64,000 bases of DNA from Candidatus Latescibacterota bacterium (GCA_965208125.1 OZ242320.1:2656001-2720000), one strand, 5' to 3'. Shown: positions 51,561 to 61,217, numbered from the stretch's first letter. The notes: a model not told the origin generated them from the sequence alone. Made by a program: numbers and translations.

Positions 51561-53159
51561 TTATTTTACCAGAAGCAGCCGTCGAATGATGACGCTACTT
51601 GAATGTGCCAACCGATAAATGTAAACGCCGCTGGAAACTTCTCGGCCAAACTCGTCCTTGCCATCCCAGGTGACACGATAATGACCAGATGCCTGACTGT
51701 CCTGTACAAGGACGCGAACCTGCTGTCCCAATGTGTTGTATATCGCCAGGCTCACATGCCCTGTTTCGGGTATCTGATAGGCGATTTGCGTAGAGGGGTT
51801 GAAAGGGTTGGGGACGTTGGGATGTAGGACGAGGCCCTGCATAGCCATCTGGGCGCGATCGCCTATGGGAAGGGAGAGCGTTGTGGGTTCCCCACTGTTG
51901 ATGGGAATGCTGTTCCAGGTGGCGAGTGTGTTGCCATCTGCGTCCTTCGCACGGGCGAGGTAGTAGCCCGAAGCGTCGCTATCAGATTGAATTTCGATGG
52001 TGGTGCGTCCTTCGGCATCAGTGGTGCCTTGCCACAGGTATTCGGATGCGCGACCCGCAATGGATCGGGAGAATTCGACTGTGGCGTCTGCTACAGGCTG
52101 ATCGTTCTGGGTGAGGGTGATATTCACCATAGCGCGCTTGAGGTCTTTATAGAACCCGGCGCCGACGATATACTCCCCGCCACGGAACACAACGAGTTCG
52201 GCGTAGCTCACTTTAGGCGAACCGATGTCTTCATCGCCTTCTACCGCAGGGTCGTCGAAGTAATATTCGACATATCCACCGCCCGCCTTTGCCACGTTAA
52301 TGAGTTCTCGGATGAACTTAACCCCGTTTATATCCACCCGATCGAGACTGCTCACAAACCTGTGCTCTACCGATCGGTCGGCACCGTGAAAGTACACATA
52401 ACCGTCCGTGGTGAAGACAAAAAAGTAAACGGAGCCTTGTCTATAGGGGCCACCTTCTTCTCTGAAGAGATCCTGATTTTGCTGAAGTATGTCAAGCCCG
52501 ACTTGCTCTATGGCTTTTAGATAGCGGTTTCCCGTCCCCTGTACGAATGCCTTGAGGGTTTCCCGATCAACCACGTCGGCGGCTGTGACGTCGGGAGGAG
52601 GGATGAGGGACGGATCGAACGGCGTTGCACTGGCATGCGAAACATCCTGGTAATAGCCGCCGATCAGGACCACCGTGGTTCCGGCTATTCCGGAGGTATA
52701 ATTGACGGCGTAGGCGACCTTGGGGGTGTCCTCGTCTCCTTCCACTGCCGGGTCATCCCAGTAATACTCGACGTGGCCTCCGCCCATGTTGGCTGCTGCA
52801 AGGAGGTTTTGCACGACCTTATTGCCGCGGGCGTCTTCGATGTCGTACAGGTGCTTGCCGTTCACGCTGATGTCACCGGCATGATGAAATACCGTGCCAT
52901 CTGGTAACATGATGATGAGGTACGTGTTCCCGTGTTTCCAATCCCCCTCGATGCTAATGCTGTGGAGATACGGCGCGAGGTTGTTGGGGTCGGTAAAAGC
53001 TTCCGCATGTGATTTTGCATATAATACGAATGCCTCCAATGTCTCCGCATCTACCACTTCGCTGGCGGTTATCTTCTGAGGTGATTGAGCTATGGCAGGT
53101 TGCACTGCTGCAAAGAGACTTGCCATTCCCCAAAGGATTACTGCTGTTAGACGTCTCAA
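51561..53159 (-). CDS. Secreted protein: two Cache domains + Ig-like module + FlgD-Ig/T9SS-like C-terminal domain
   Basis: Sec signal; two GGG.VEYY.DDPAVEGDED..K..YA repeats; VEFSRSIAG module; PNPFNPST.I.Y...IYNTLGQ.V...WDG...SSGVY.Y. Confidence 0.85.
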   Translation of the reverse strand: MRRLTAVILWGMASLFAAVQPAIAQSPQKITASEVVDAETLEAFVLYAKSHAEAFTDPNNLAPYLHSISIEGDWKHGNTYLIIMLPDGTVFHHAGDISVNGKHLYDIEDARGNKVVQNLLAAANMGGGHVEYYWDDPAVEGDEDTPKVAYAVNYTSGIAGTTVVLIGGYYQDVSHASATPFDPSLIPPPDVTAADVVDRETLKAFVQGTGNRYLKAIEQVGLDILQQNQDLFREEGGPYRQGSVYFFVFTTDGYVYFHGADRSVEHRFVSSLDRVDINGVKFIRELINVAKAGGGYVEYYFDDPAVEGDEDIGSPKVSYAELVVFRGGEYIVGAGFYKDLKRAMVNITLTQNDQPVADATVEFSRSIAGRASEYLWQGTTDAEGRTTIEIQSDSDASGYYLARAKDADGNTLATWNSIPINSGEPTTLSLPIGDRAQMAMQGLVLHPNVPNPFNPSTQIAYQIPETGHVSLAIYNTLGQQVRVLVQDSQASGHYRVTWDGKDEFGREVSSGVYIYRLAHSSSVIIRRLLLVK

Positions 53160-53339
53160 AACAATTCCTCCCTTTTTGAGTTGTGATACTGTGAACTATA
53201 CTTTTCTTATGGATAATAAAGATACGACTCCTCCCCCAAAAAAAGTAGTTTTATTTATACAAACGTTTTCTTTTATTAATTCTATTTACGATACAAGCAG
53301 AAGCTCAGATCCAGGATGCTCTGCTTTGAAAGGAGGGCT

Positions 53340-53383
53340 AAAAAACAACCGCTCTCTTGTTGGAACTTGTAAGAGAGCGGTTG
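53340..53383 (-). terminator. Intrinsic terminator
   Basis: AACCGCTCTCTT/AAGAGAGCGGTT stem with T-run on the minus strand. Confidence 0.75.
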
Positions 53384-53423
53384 AGTGTCGTAAAGAAATG
53401 GATTGTTGATTGATTTCAGGACA

Positions 53424-55028
53424 TCACGGTGAGAAGCGATAGACCACGGGCAATTGCGCGGGGTCTGTGATGTTCAAATCTGTGTGGTGATAGATGTTTA
53501 TGCGCCCGGTGCCGCAGTCTCCAAATTCGTCGCAGGTGAGCGTGCCGAGGAGGCCCTGGAAGCCGGATGTATGATGGAGTTCCCTGCGCAGTGCGGCGCG
53601 ATCGACATACAATTTCCCGTCATCTTCGCCCGCGACAATCTCGATGGCATTGAGCAGTAGCGTTGTGGCGTCGTAAGCGTGCGCCCAGTAAGGCGTGCCT
53701 GGAAATCCGCCATACGCGGCTTCATACGCGACGAGCACGTCATCTACGCTTTTACCCGTTGTAGAATTGACATTTGTGCCGAGGTCCGTCTCAGGTCCCG
53801 CAGCGTAAATGCCCTCTGACTGCGGTTTGGCGAGGAACTCCGAATCGAGGAGAGCCGCACCCGCGATAAGTGTCGCGTCTTTCAGGCTGTCGTGTTCCCG
53901 CACTTGCTTGGCGAAAGGTATGCCTTCTTCGTCGAAGAGCGGGAAGAAGATGCCGTCTGGTGTGGCTGCCGCGAATTCCGTGAGGACAGATGTCATGTCC
54001 GTCTGTCCTTTCGCGATCCTGGCGGTGGCTGCAACTTCGCCGCCGATAGCGCTAAACGCATTGTCAAATGCGACGGTGAGGCCCATGGTGTAAGGGTCAC
54101 CATCGTTGATGGCCGCCATGCGCCGCAGGCCCAATTCATTATACGCGAAATCGGCGACTGCCCGCGCCTGATAGAGATCGTTGACCGATACGCGGAAATA
54201 GCCGGGGTGATAGTCGGAACTCGCGTTGCCCGCGAGGTCCGATGTGAGTGCTGGCGAGGTGTTGGACGGCGAGATCATTACCAGTCCCGCCGCGCTGATT
54301 ACTGGCGAGGCCGCCACTGCTGCGCCGGAGCAGGATGTGCCGATGACGCCCAGTACCTGCGGGTCGGCGATGATCTGCTCTGCACCCATGTGTCCGCCTT
54401 CCGGTCCACACCCGGTGTCTATTGACTCGCCGAGTTCGACCGCGTGACCGTGGATCAGACCGAAGTCTTGCACGGCCAACTCAATAGCGTGCCGCGATGG
54501 GACACCGAGCGACGCCGCGATGGTATGTGTGAGCAACGAGCGGATCTGCACGGCTTCGCCTTCCTCAATCTCGACCTGAGATCGCACGGATGAACCAGTT
54601 ACATGCGCCCTTCCACCAATGGGCAAATCGAGCATGACCTCGTAGCCCGCGTTGATCGGAATGCTCGACCAGGAACCGATCACGACCTCGTCCTGAGAGG
54701 CACGCGCCTGGTAATAACCATTGCCAGATTTGATTTCCACCCATGCATGACCGTGGTCGTCGGTCGTGCCCGACCAATGGTAGTCTGGTGCCTGTCCTGC
54801 AATGGAACGCGAAAATTCTAAAGTTGCACCGCTTACTGGTGCGCCATCACGGTGCACAGTGGCTCTTACTATAGCCTGTACGGCATCTCCGTGCGCTACC
54901 AATTTGCTCAGGGGACGTCCAATCTGTTCGTCTGTCCCGGTCTCTGACTGCGTGACGCGCTCACCGCCGCAGTTCCACATCAGTCCTGCGGCAAGAGCTA
55001 TGACAACTATAATGCGGATGTGTTTCAT
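53424..55028 (-). CDS. Putative lipoprotein: Ig-like module + LivJ-type periplasmic binding domain (paralog of 49778-51382)
   Basis: Full-length similarity to the paralog; GGAGGA RBS before ATG 55028. Confidence 0.85.
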   Translation of the reverse strand: MKHIRIIVVIALAAGLMWNCGGERVTQSETGTDEQIGRPLSKLVAHGDAVQAIVRATVHRDGAPVSGATLEFSRSIAGQAPDYHWSGTTDDHGHAWVEIKSGNGYYQARASQDEVVIGSWSSIPINAGYEVMLDLPIGGRAHVTGSSVRSQVEIEEGEAVQIRSLLTHTIAASLGVPSRHAIELAVQDFGLIHGHAVELGESIDTGCGPEGGHMGAEQIIADPQVLGVIGTSCSGAAVAASPVISAAGLVMISPSNTSPALTSDLAGNASSDYHPGYFRVSVNDLYQARAVADFAYNELGLRRMAAINDGDPYTMGLTVAFDNAFSAIGGEVAATARIAKGQTDMTSVLTEFAAATPDGIFFPLFDEEGIPFAKQVREHDSLKDATLIAGAALLDSEFLAKPQSEGIYAAGPETDLGTNVNSTTGKSVDDVLVAYEAAYGGFPGTPYWAHAYDATTLLLNAIEIVAGEDDGKLYVDRAALRRELHHTSGFQGLLGTLTCDEFGDCGTGRINIYHHTDLNITDPAQLPVVYRFSP

Positions 55029-55134
55029 CACCGGTCCTCCTGAAAAACGTTGTGTGAAAATACTGTCTCGATAAAAGCCATGCCTAAAAATAGAAACCTC
55101 CCTGGAGAAAAAGCGTTGTGTGGAATACTGTCGA

Positions 55135-56157
55135 TTACGCAAATGCCAGAGCTTTTCTGGCAGCTTGAGCCTGAGGTGAGTTGGGATCGCGTCGTATGGC
55201 GCGATTCATAGCAAGATGTGCGCGTTTATCTCCGGTTTTAGCCAGTTCGAGGGCTTCTGCAAAACCTTTCTCCGAATAGCTGTGGTCGCGGGGTATGATG
55301 CGATTGTCCTGGTTTTGCCAGTAATATTTGAGGTCTTCGGTTTCCCAGTCTTTGTACACGTCTTCCCAGGTGAGATTGTTAAAGATGTTCAGATGGGGTT
55401 CGAGCATGTGTTCAGATAGGGTATCGCCGAGTTTTTGATAGCGGTTGTCGAGGGATACGCGAAGGCGGTCTTCGGTGAGATTTGGTAGAGCCTGGTGTAC
55501 TGTGAGTGCGGGAAAGATGAGGGTATCGCCGATTTCGTAGTTGGTGCTGTGCCATTGGCCTTTCAATTCGTCGGTGTGGATGCACAGGCCGCCCGCGCCG
55601 AGGGAGAAGTGGTGGTTCATCACGGCATTGATTTTGTGAGAGCCGGGCAGTACGGCGAGGCCACCGAGTTCAATGGGGCAGTCGCCTACAGGTGCCCAGC
55701 AGGTGTAGGTGTCGAAGTTGCCCTGAAAGTGGACAAAGTCCTGGTGAATCGGTGTGGTGTGCGCCGTGTATTTGGGAAACCACAGGCGAGCGACTTTGTG
55801 CGGATGCGGGAAAACAGAGCCGTCCATTACTTTTTCGAGCAGGTCGAGTACTTCTGGTTCATGGGCAATGCGGTGAAAGGCTTCGAGTTTGTACACTTCG
55901 TGATATACGTCGGTGTATTCGGGGTCGCCTTCGGTACATTGCCTGGAAATATCGGCAATGCCATCTATGGGGTCGATTCCCTCGACGAGCCAGGGTGTCA
56001 TTTTGTTGAGCATTTGTCGCCGCAAATCCCAGAGTTTGTCCGGGTTTTGCAATTTGCGGAAGAAGATATATCCCTCTTCTCGGATGCGCCGTCGCAACTC
56101 TTCCGAATCGTTGATCGCGTCGTTGGATACGCGCAATTCTGCAATCTGGTCAGGCAT
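55135..56157 (-). CDS. Phytanoyl-CoA dioxygenase (PhyH) family Fe(II)/2OG enzyme
   Basis: TPIHQD, T.W.PVGD, GGLAVLPGSH, H.ALPN...R.SLD.R. Confidence 0.88.
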   Translation of the reverse strand: MPDQIAELRVSNDAINDSEELRRRIREEGYIFFRKLQNPDKLWDLRRQMLNKMTPWLVEGIDPIDGIADISRQCTEGDPEYTDVYHEVYKLEAFHRIAHEPEVLDLLEKVMDGSVFPHPHKVARLWFPKYTAHTTPIHQDFVHFQGNFDTYTCWAPVGDCPIELGGLAVLPGSHKINAVMNHHFSLGAGGLCIHTDELKGQWHSTNYEIGDTLIFPALTVHQALPNLTEDRLRVSLDNRYQKLGDTLSEHMLEPHLNIFNNLTWEDVYKDWETEDLKYYWQNQDNRIIPRDHSYSEKGFAEALELAKTGDKRAHLAMNRAIRRDPNSPQAQAARKALAFA

Positions 56158-56363
56158 GGCATGCTCCTGGGTTAATGAGGAGATTTAGGCGTTTTCTCTT
56201 CGGAGGGGATAGCCAAATTCCCTATAATGTATGTATTCCGTATATTAGAATGCAACTTAAATTAGCAGAGATAAGTTTAATTTATATGATAGGGCATCGC
56301 AAACTTTGTTTGCCAAATCTGTGCAAATCTTCGATAATTAAGGGTTATTTGTTTCGCATTACA

Positions 56364-56388
56364 GGCGGGTTGGGAAACCCGCCCCTAC
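56364..56388 (-). repeat. GTAG-type REP-like palindrome
   Basis: Minus strand GTAGGGGCGGGTTTCCCAACCCGCC. Confidence 0.6.
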
Positions 56389-56396
56389 GTCTAATC

Positions 56397-56422
56397 ACTG
56401 ACAACTGACAACTGACAACTGA
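56397..56422 (+). repeat. Heptamer tandem repeat (ACTGACA) x3 plus partial
   Basis: Direct reading; ends 7 nt before the RND start codon. Confidence 0.9.
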
Positions 56423-56429
56423 ATTTGCC

Positions 56430-59400
56430 ATGAATCCCAAATCTTCTCTTTTGCCGCGTATTTCGGTGTTGCGACCCGTGTCCGTTACCATGTGCCTTGT
56501 TGCACTACTGGTACTGGGGGCGGTGGCGTATGTGCGTATGCCCGTCGAGATGATGCCCGATGGTTTGACGCCGCCATTTTTGGCTGTGTCTGTTGGGTTT
56601 CGCAATGCCTCTCCGCAGGAGACCGAGCAACAGATTACCCTGCCGCTGGAAGAGACGCTGCGTACTGTAAAGGGTATTAAGACCCTGCGTAGCTACAGTT
56701 CTCGGGGCGTGCGCGTGCATATGGAATTTCGCCAATATACAGATATGGTGGTTGCGTACAATCAGGTTTCGGATCGGCTCGAGCGCCTCAAGCCCTTGTT
56801 GCCAGAAGAGGCGCGAGACGAGGTGCGTATTCACAAATACGATCAGGATTCGAAGTCTGTTATGTATGTGGCTGTGTCGATTGACTCGGACATTACAGAA
56901 CCCTTTCAGTTTATCGAGACCTTTGTGCAGTATCCTCTGGAGCGCGTGGATGGGGTTGGGCGTGTGGATATATTTGGCGCAGATCGCAAGGAAGTGATGG
57001 TGGAGGTGGATCAAGAGCGCATGAGGGCGCGCGGTGTGCGCATTGGCGAGATTGTTTCGACCTTGAGGAGCGACAATTTCGCGCTTGCCGGGGGCTATGT
57101 GCGCGAAGGCACAAAGAAATTTTACGTGCGGTCGCTGGCGCAGTATGTCACGTTGCGGGAAATTGAAAATATCCAGATTCAATCGCGGGCAGGCAAGGTG
57201 CGCCTGGGCGATGTGGCTTCGGTGGTTTTCGAGGTGCCCGAAAAGTCGTGGACGCAGCGCATTGATGGCAAAAGAGGTATGAGTTTTGGCATCAGACAGG
57301 AATCGGGTGCAAATGTCGCGGATGTGACCGATCGGGTTGTGGCAAAATTGAAAGCTATCGAAGAAGATCCGCACATGGCCGGGCAGGTGTCGTTTCAAGT
57401 GATGTTCAATCAGGGATTTTTTGTCAAGGAATCGATTCGCAATCTTCGGGAAACCGGGCTTTGGGGCGGGCTGTTTGCCGCGCTGGTGTTGTTGTTCTTT
57501 TTGCGTACCGTGCGGATGACGGCCATTATTACTTTGGCTATTCCGCTGTGTGTGATGATTGCGATGACCGCGTTGTATTTTGTCGGCTGGTCGCTCAATG
57601 TGGTGACTATGATGGGACTTATGGTTGGGATTGGGCTGGTTGTGGATAATGCCATTGTGATTTTGGAGAATATTTATCGCCGGCGGGGAAATGGCGAGGC
57701 GCCTGAAGATGCCGCTATCTTTGGCGCGAGTGAGGTGGGGCAGGCCATTACTATGGCGACGTTTACGACGGTGGTGGTGTTTTTGCCTATGATGTTGTTT
57801 AGCGGCAATATGTTTATGACTTTTTACATGACGCGTCTGGGCGTTCCGGTTGGGGTGGCTCTGGTGGGGTCGCTATTTGTGGCGCTGTTATTTATTCCCC
57901 TGGCATCTGTGCGATTGGGCAAAGGTCGGGTGCGTCCCAATCCCAAAATTATTGTGAAGGCGCGAGGAATTTATGAGCGCATGTTGAACTGGACATTGAG
58001 ACACCGGAGGGACGCGGTATTGATCGCGCTGGCACTTGCGGCAACGACGATGTATCCCCTGGATAATCTGAAGCGCGCAGACCGCCACCGCGGTGGCGCA
58101 TTTAACGATTTGGATGTGCGGTTGAGGTTGCCGCGTCACTTTTCGCCAGAAGAAACCGAGGATATTGTGGGGGAGGTTGAGGAATTTCTGGAGGCGCGGC
58201 GTGAAAAATACGGCTATGAAACCCTGCGCGTTTACTACCGACCTGGCTACGGTAATCTGAGCTTGTATATGCCGGCCAGGAGCGATGATCCGTGGTGGTA
58301 CGTGGCGTACAAAAATACGCGCAGTGCTCTGGGGATACCCGTTGCTGGACCCATGGAACGGGCTGAAGTCGCGGAAGATATTAGCAAAAATATGCCCAGA
58401 TATGTGGGTGTGCGGCATTCCGTGGAAGGGGCTCGCAATGAGGGCGGTGGTAGTGATCCGGGCGTGTCGATTTATCTGGAAGGCGATGATACCGAGGTCC
58501 TGGTCAGTCTCGTCGATGAGGTGGAGCGACGCTTGCGACAGATCCCGTCTCTCGTCGGTGTTGATACAGATTTGGAACTTGCCGATGACGAGGTGCGGGT
58601 CGTGATTGATCGGGAGCGGGCGAAACGACTTGGGATTTCTGTACGGGATGTTGCGCGCTATATCTCTTATGGTCTGCAAGGGGTGTCGTTGCCCCGTTTT
58701 AAGTCCGATGACGGCGAGGTGCGGGTGCGGCTTTTTCTGGATAGGACAGACCGACAAAATTTGAATCAGTTGCGCAATTTTCCGTTTGAGACCGACGATG
58801 GTACAGAAGTGGCTTTGAGCGAAGTCGCCTTCTTCCAGGTCTCGCGGGGGATGGGGCGCATTGCGCGGTACGATGGCAAGGTCAAGTTGCGTGTCAGGGC
58901 TTATACGACGCGTGCAGATATTAAGGGTCTGGCCGAGGAGATTGACAAAGTGATGGATGGTCTCGAGTTGCCCCGCGGGTATTCGTGGGACAAGGGAGAG
59001 AGTTTCAAGCAACTTAGAGAGGACGAAGCCTCTGAGCGGCTGGGAATTGTGATGGCGGTGATATGTGTGTTTTTGTTGATGGGCGTTTTGTTCGAGTCGT
59101 TTATTTTGCCGTTTTCAGTGCTTTTTTCAATTCCATTTTCTTTTTTGGGTGTTTACTGGACGCTGTATTTGACAGGCACGCCCATGGATAGGATGGCGTC
59201 TGTGGGGGTGATTGTGTTGATCGGTGTGGTGGTGAATAACGCGATTGTGCTGGTGGATATGGTCAATCGCTTGCGTGCCGATGGCATGAATCGCTTTGAT
59301 GCCATTATGGAAGCGGGGCACAATCGCTTTCGCCCCATTTTGATGACGACGTTTACAACGGTCTTTGGCTTGTTGCCCATGGCTGTGGGCGATAGCAATG

Positions 59401-59597
59401 CAATGGGTACGTCTTATGCGCCTTTGGGACGCACGATGATGGGCGGGCTGTTGGCCTCGACATTCCTGACGTTGCTGGTTGTGCCTCTGTTTTATACCTT
59501 GCTCGACGATTTGCGTCTGGCGATTCGGCGTTTGAGCGCGAGTGTATTTGCCGCTCGCGCGAGGGATGAGGCTTATGATACGGCTGACGATGATTGA
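56430..59597 (+). CDS. RND (AcrB/AcrD/AcrF family) transporter
   Basis: 1055 aa; GLVVDNAIVILENI, GVVVNNAIVLVD, RFRPILMT. Confidence 0.93.
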   Translation: MNPKSSLLPRISVLRPVSVTMCLVALLVLGAVAYVRMPVEMMPDGLTPPFLAVSVGFRNASPQETEQQITLPLEETLRTVKGIKTLRSYSSRGVRVHMEFRQYTDMVVAYNQVSDRLERLKPLLPEEARDEVRIHKYDQDSKSVMYVAVSIDSDITEPFQFIETFVQYPLERVDGVGRVDIFGADRKEVMVEVDQERMRARGVRIGEIVSTLRSDNFALAGGYVREGTKKFYVRSLAQYVTLREIENIQIQSRAGKVRLGDVASVVFEVPEKSWTQRIDGKRGMSFGIRQESGANVADVTDRVVAKLKAIEEDPHMAGQVSFQVMFNQGFFVKESIRNLRETGLWGGLFAALVLLFFLRTVRMTAIITLAIPLCVMIAMTALYFVGWSLNVVTMMGLMVGIGLVVDNAIVILENIYRRRGNGEAPEDAAIFGASEVGQAITMATFTTVVVFLPMMLFSGNMFMTFYMTRLGVPVGVALVGSLFVALLFIPLASVRLGKGRVRPNPKIIVKARGIYERMLNWTLRHRRDAVLIALALAATTMYPLDNLKRADRHRGGAFNDLDVRLRLPRHFSPEETEDIVGEVEEFLEARREKYGYETLRVYYRPGYGNLSLYMPARSDDPWWYVAYKNTRSALGIPVAGPMERAEVAEDISKNMPRYVGVRHSVEGARNEGGGSDPGVSIYLEGDDTEVLVSLVDEVERRLRQIPSLVGVDTDLELADDEVRVVIDRERAKRLGISVRDVARYISYGLQGVSLPRFKSDDGEVRVRLFLDRTDRQNLNQLRNFPFETDDGTEVALSEVAFFQVSRGMGRIARYDGKVKLRVRAYTTRADIKGLAEEIDKVMDGLELPRGYSWDKGESFKQLREDEASERLGIVMAVICVFLLMGVLFESFILPFSVLFSIPFSFLGVYWTLYLTGTPMDRMASVGVIVLIGVVVNNAIVLVDMVNRLRADGMNRFDAIMEAGHNRFRPILMTTFTTVFGLLPMAVGDSNAMGTSYAPLGRTMMGGLLASTFLTLLVVPLFYTLLDDLRLAIRRLSASVFAARARDEAYDTADDD

Positions 59598-59615
59598 TGA
59601 TTGAGAGGATGAGTA

Positions 59616-59705
59616 ATGGAAACAGTCATTGGCATGATCGTAGTAACGGGCCTGTGTGGGCTTACCGCCTTGCTGGTAAGGTGGCAAGCAAAAAAGAAGA
59701 AGTAA
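59616..59705 (+). CDS. Putative 29-aa single-pass membrane protein
   Basis: METVIGMIVVTGLCGLTALLVRWQAKKKK*; GAGGA RBS; lies between the RND stop and the terminator. Confidence 0.6.
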   Translation: METVIGMIVVTGLCGLTALLVRWQAKKKK

Positions 59706-59710
59706 CGATT

Positions 59711-59738
59711 GTGGCGGTTTTGAGACCGCCACTTTTTT
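59711..59738 (+). terminator. Intrinsic terminator
   Basis: GTGGCGGT...ACCGCCAC followed by T6. Confidence 0.8.
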
Positions 59739-59750
59739 GTTGGATTTATT

Positions 59751-60782
59751 ATGCTTGAGAAAGACGATTTAGACAAACGCCCGCTGATGGGTATTACGAT
59801 GGGCGATCCGTGTGGTATAGGACCGGAAGTGATTTTGAAGGCTCTGGCACATGAGGAAAGCTATCGCGTGTGCAGACCACTGGTTATTGGGCATCCCGCC
59901 ATTTTGAAGCGCGATATGGCTATGGCCGGTGTGCGACTGGATGTGCGGGTTGTGGCGCGACCCGAAGATGGTGCGTTTGAATTTGGGTGTGTTGATGTCT
60001 GGTGTCCGGTGGATGTGGATGTGGATCAGATTGCTATGGGCGAGGTGTGTTGCGAGGCGGGAAGAGTAGCGGCTGAGTGGGTGATTCGCGCGGTTGATCT
60101 GGCGATGGCGGATCGCATTGACGGTATTGTGACGGCGCCTTTGAATAAGGAGGCAATGAATCTGGCGGGTTATTCCTTTGCGGGTCATACGGAGTTGCTG
60201 GCTGAGAAATCAGGTGCAGGACGCGCACATCTTATGCTGGCATCTGACCGCCTGACTGTGTCGCATGTGACGGGGCATATTGCGTTGCACGAGGTTCCAG
60301 ACAGGCTTACGGTCGATTTGATTTACGATACTGTTCGGTTGACCCGCGATGTGCTTATCGGCATGGGAAAGTTAGATCCCAGGGTTGCAATATGCGGGTT
60401 AAATCCACACGCGGGCGAAAATGGCTTGTTTGGTAGCGAGGACGCGGAGATCGTGCGTCCGGCTGTTGAAAAGGCTCTGGATAAGGGCTGGTGCGTTGAA
60501 GGTCCGCTGCCTGCGGATACGACTTTTTTGAAGGCCTACAATGGGCTGTACGACGGGGTGGTGGCGATGTATCACGATCAAGGCCATGTGCCCGCAAAGC
60601 TGGTGGCGTTTGACGAGGCTGTCAATGTGACCCTGGGCTTGCCGATTGTGCGGGCGTCTGTGGATCACGGTACGGCTTATGATATCGCGGGCAAAGGTAT
60701 CGCTAAAGCCGTGAATATGTTGCAGGCAATTCGCGTGGGGAGTAAGTTGGCGATTTATAGAAGTGTGAAGGATGAAGTGTGA
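59751..60782 (+). CDS. pdxA: 4-hydroxythreonine-4-phosphate dehydrogenase family
   Basis: TMGDPCGIGPE, TAPLNKE, GHTE, GLNPHAGE, MYHDQG, SVDHGTAYDIAG. Confidence 0.92.
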   Translation: MLEKDDLDKRPLMGITMGDPCGIGPEVILKALAHEESYRVCRPLVIGHPAILKRDMAMAGVRLDVRVVARPEDGAFEFGCVDVWCPVDVDVDQIAMGEVCCEAGRVAAEWVIRAVDLAMADRIDGIVTAPLNKEAMNLAGYSFAGHTELLAEKSGAGRAHLMLASDRLTVSHVTGHIALHEVPDRLTVDLIYDTVRLTRDVLIGMGKLDPRVAICGLNPHAGENGLFGSEDAEIVRPAVEKALDKGWCVEGPLPADTTFLKAYNGLYDGVVAMYHDQGHVPAKLVAFDEAVNVTLGLPIVRASVDHGTAYDIAGKGIAKAVNMLQAIRVGSKLAIYRSVKDEV

Positions 60783-60839
60783 AGGGGATGATGCACCTGC
60801 CTTTGGGTGGTTGGGCGGGGCCTTCTTCCTTCTCACTTC

Positions 60840-61217
60840 TCACTTCATTCCTGCAATGACATCGAGGAGTATGAGGTGTGCGCCGGTATCGCCGAAGATG
60901 GGGGTGCGCGTGGGGGCGTTTTCGGGGAAAAATTCGGCGTAGGCGTCGTTGAAGTCCGAAAAAAGAGAGCGATCTTTGAGGATGGCGGTTACTTTCAGGA
61001 CGTTGTCGAGCGATGTTCCCGCGTCTTCGAGTATGCCCGATATGTTGGTGAGAATGCATCGGGTTTGCGTTTTGATATCGTCTCCGACAATTTCATCGGT
61101 TTCCGGATCGACCGGGGGTTGGGCAGAGATGAAGATGAGGTCGCCGTAGATTATGGCCTGGGAGTAGGGGAATTTGGGGATGTTGCCGCGTTTGCTGGTG
61201 AAGGGTTGTTTTTTCAT
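60840..61217 (-). CDS. RidA/YjgF family protein
   Basis: PYSQA, QT...L.NI..IL..AG, FN..YAEFF....PTR; AAGGAG RBS. Confidence 0.88.
   Translation of the reverse strand: MKKQPFTSKRGNIPKFPYSQAIIYGDLIFISAQPPVDPETDEIVGDDIKTQTRCILTNISGILEDAGTSLDNVLKVTAILKDRSLFSDFNDAYAEFFPENAPTRTPIFGDTGAHLILLDVIAGMK

Noticed and set aside
56397-56422. Possible CRISPR-like repeat
   Set aside because: Spacerless 7-mer tandem repeat; no repeat-spacer array or cas genes seen in the window
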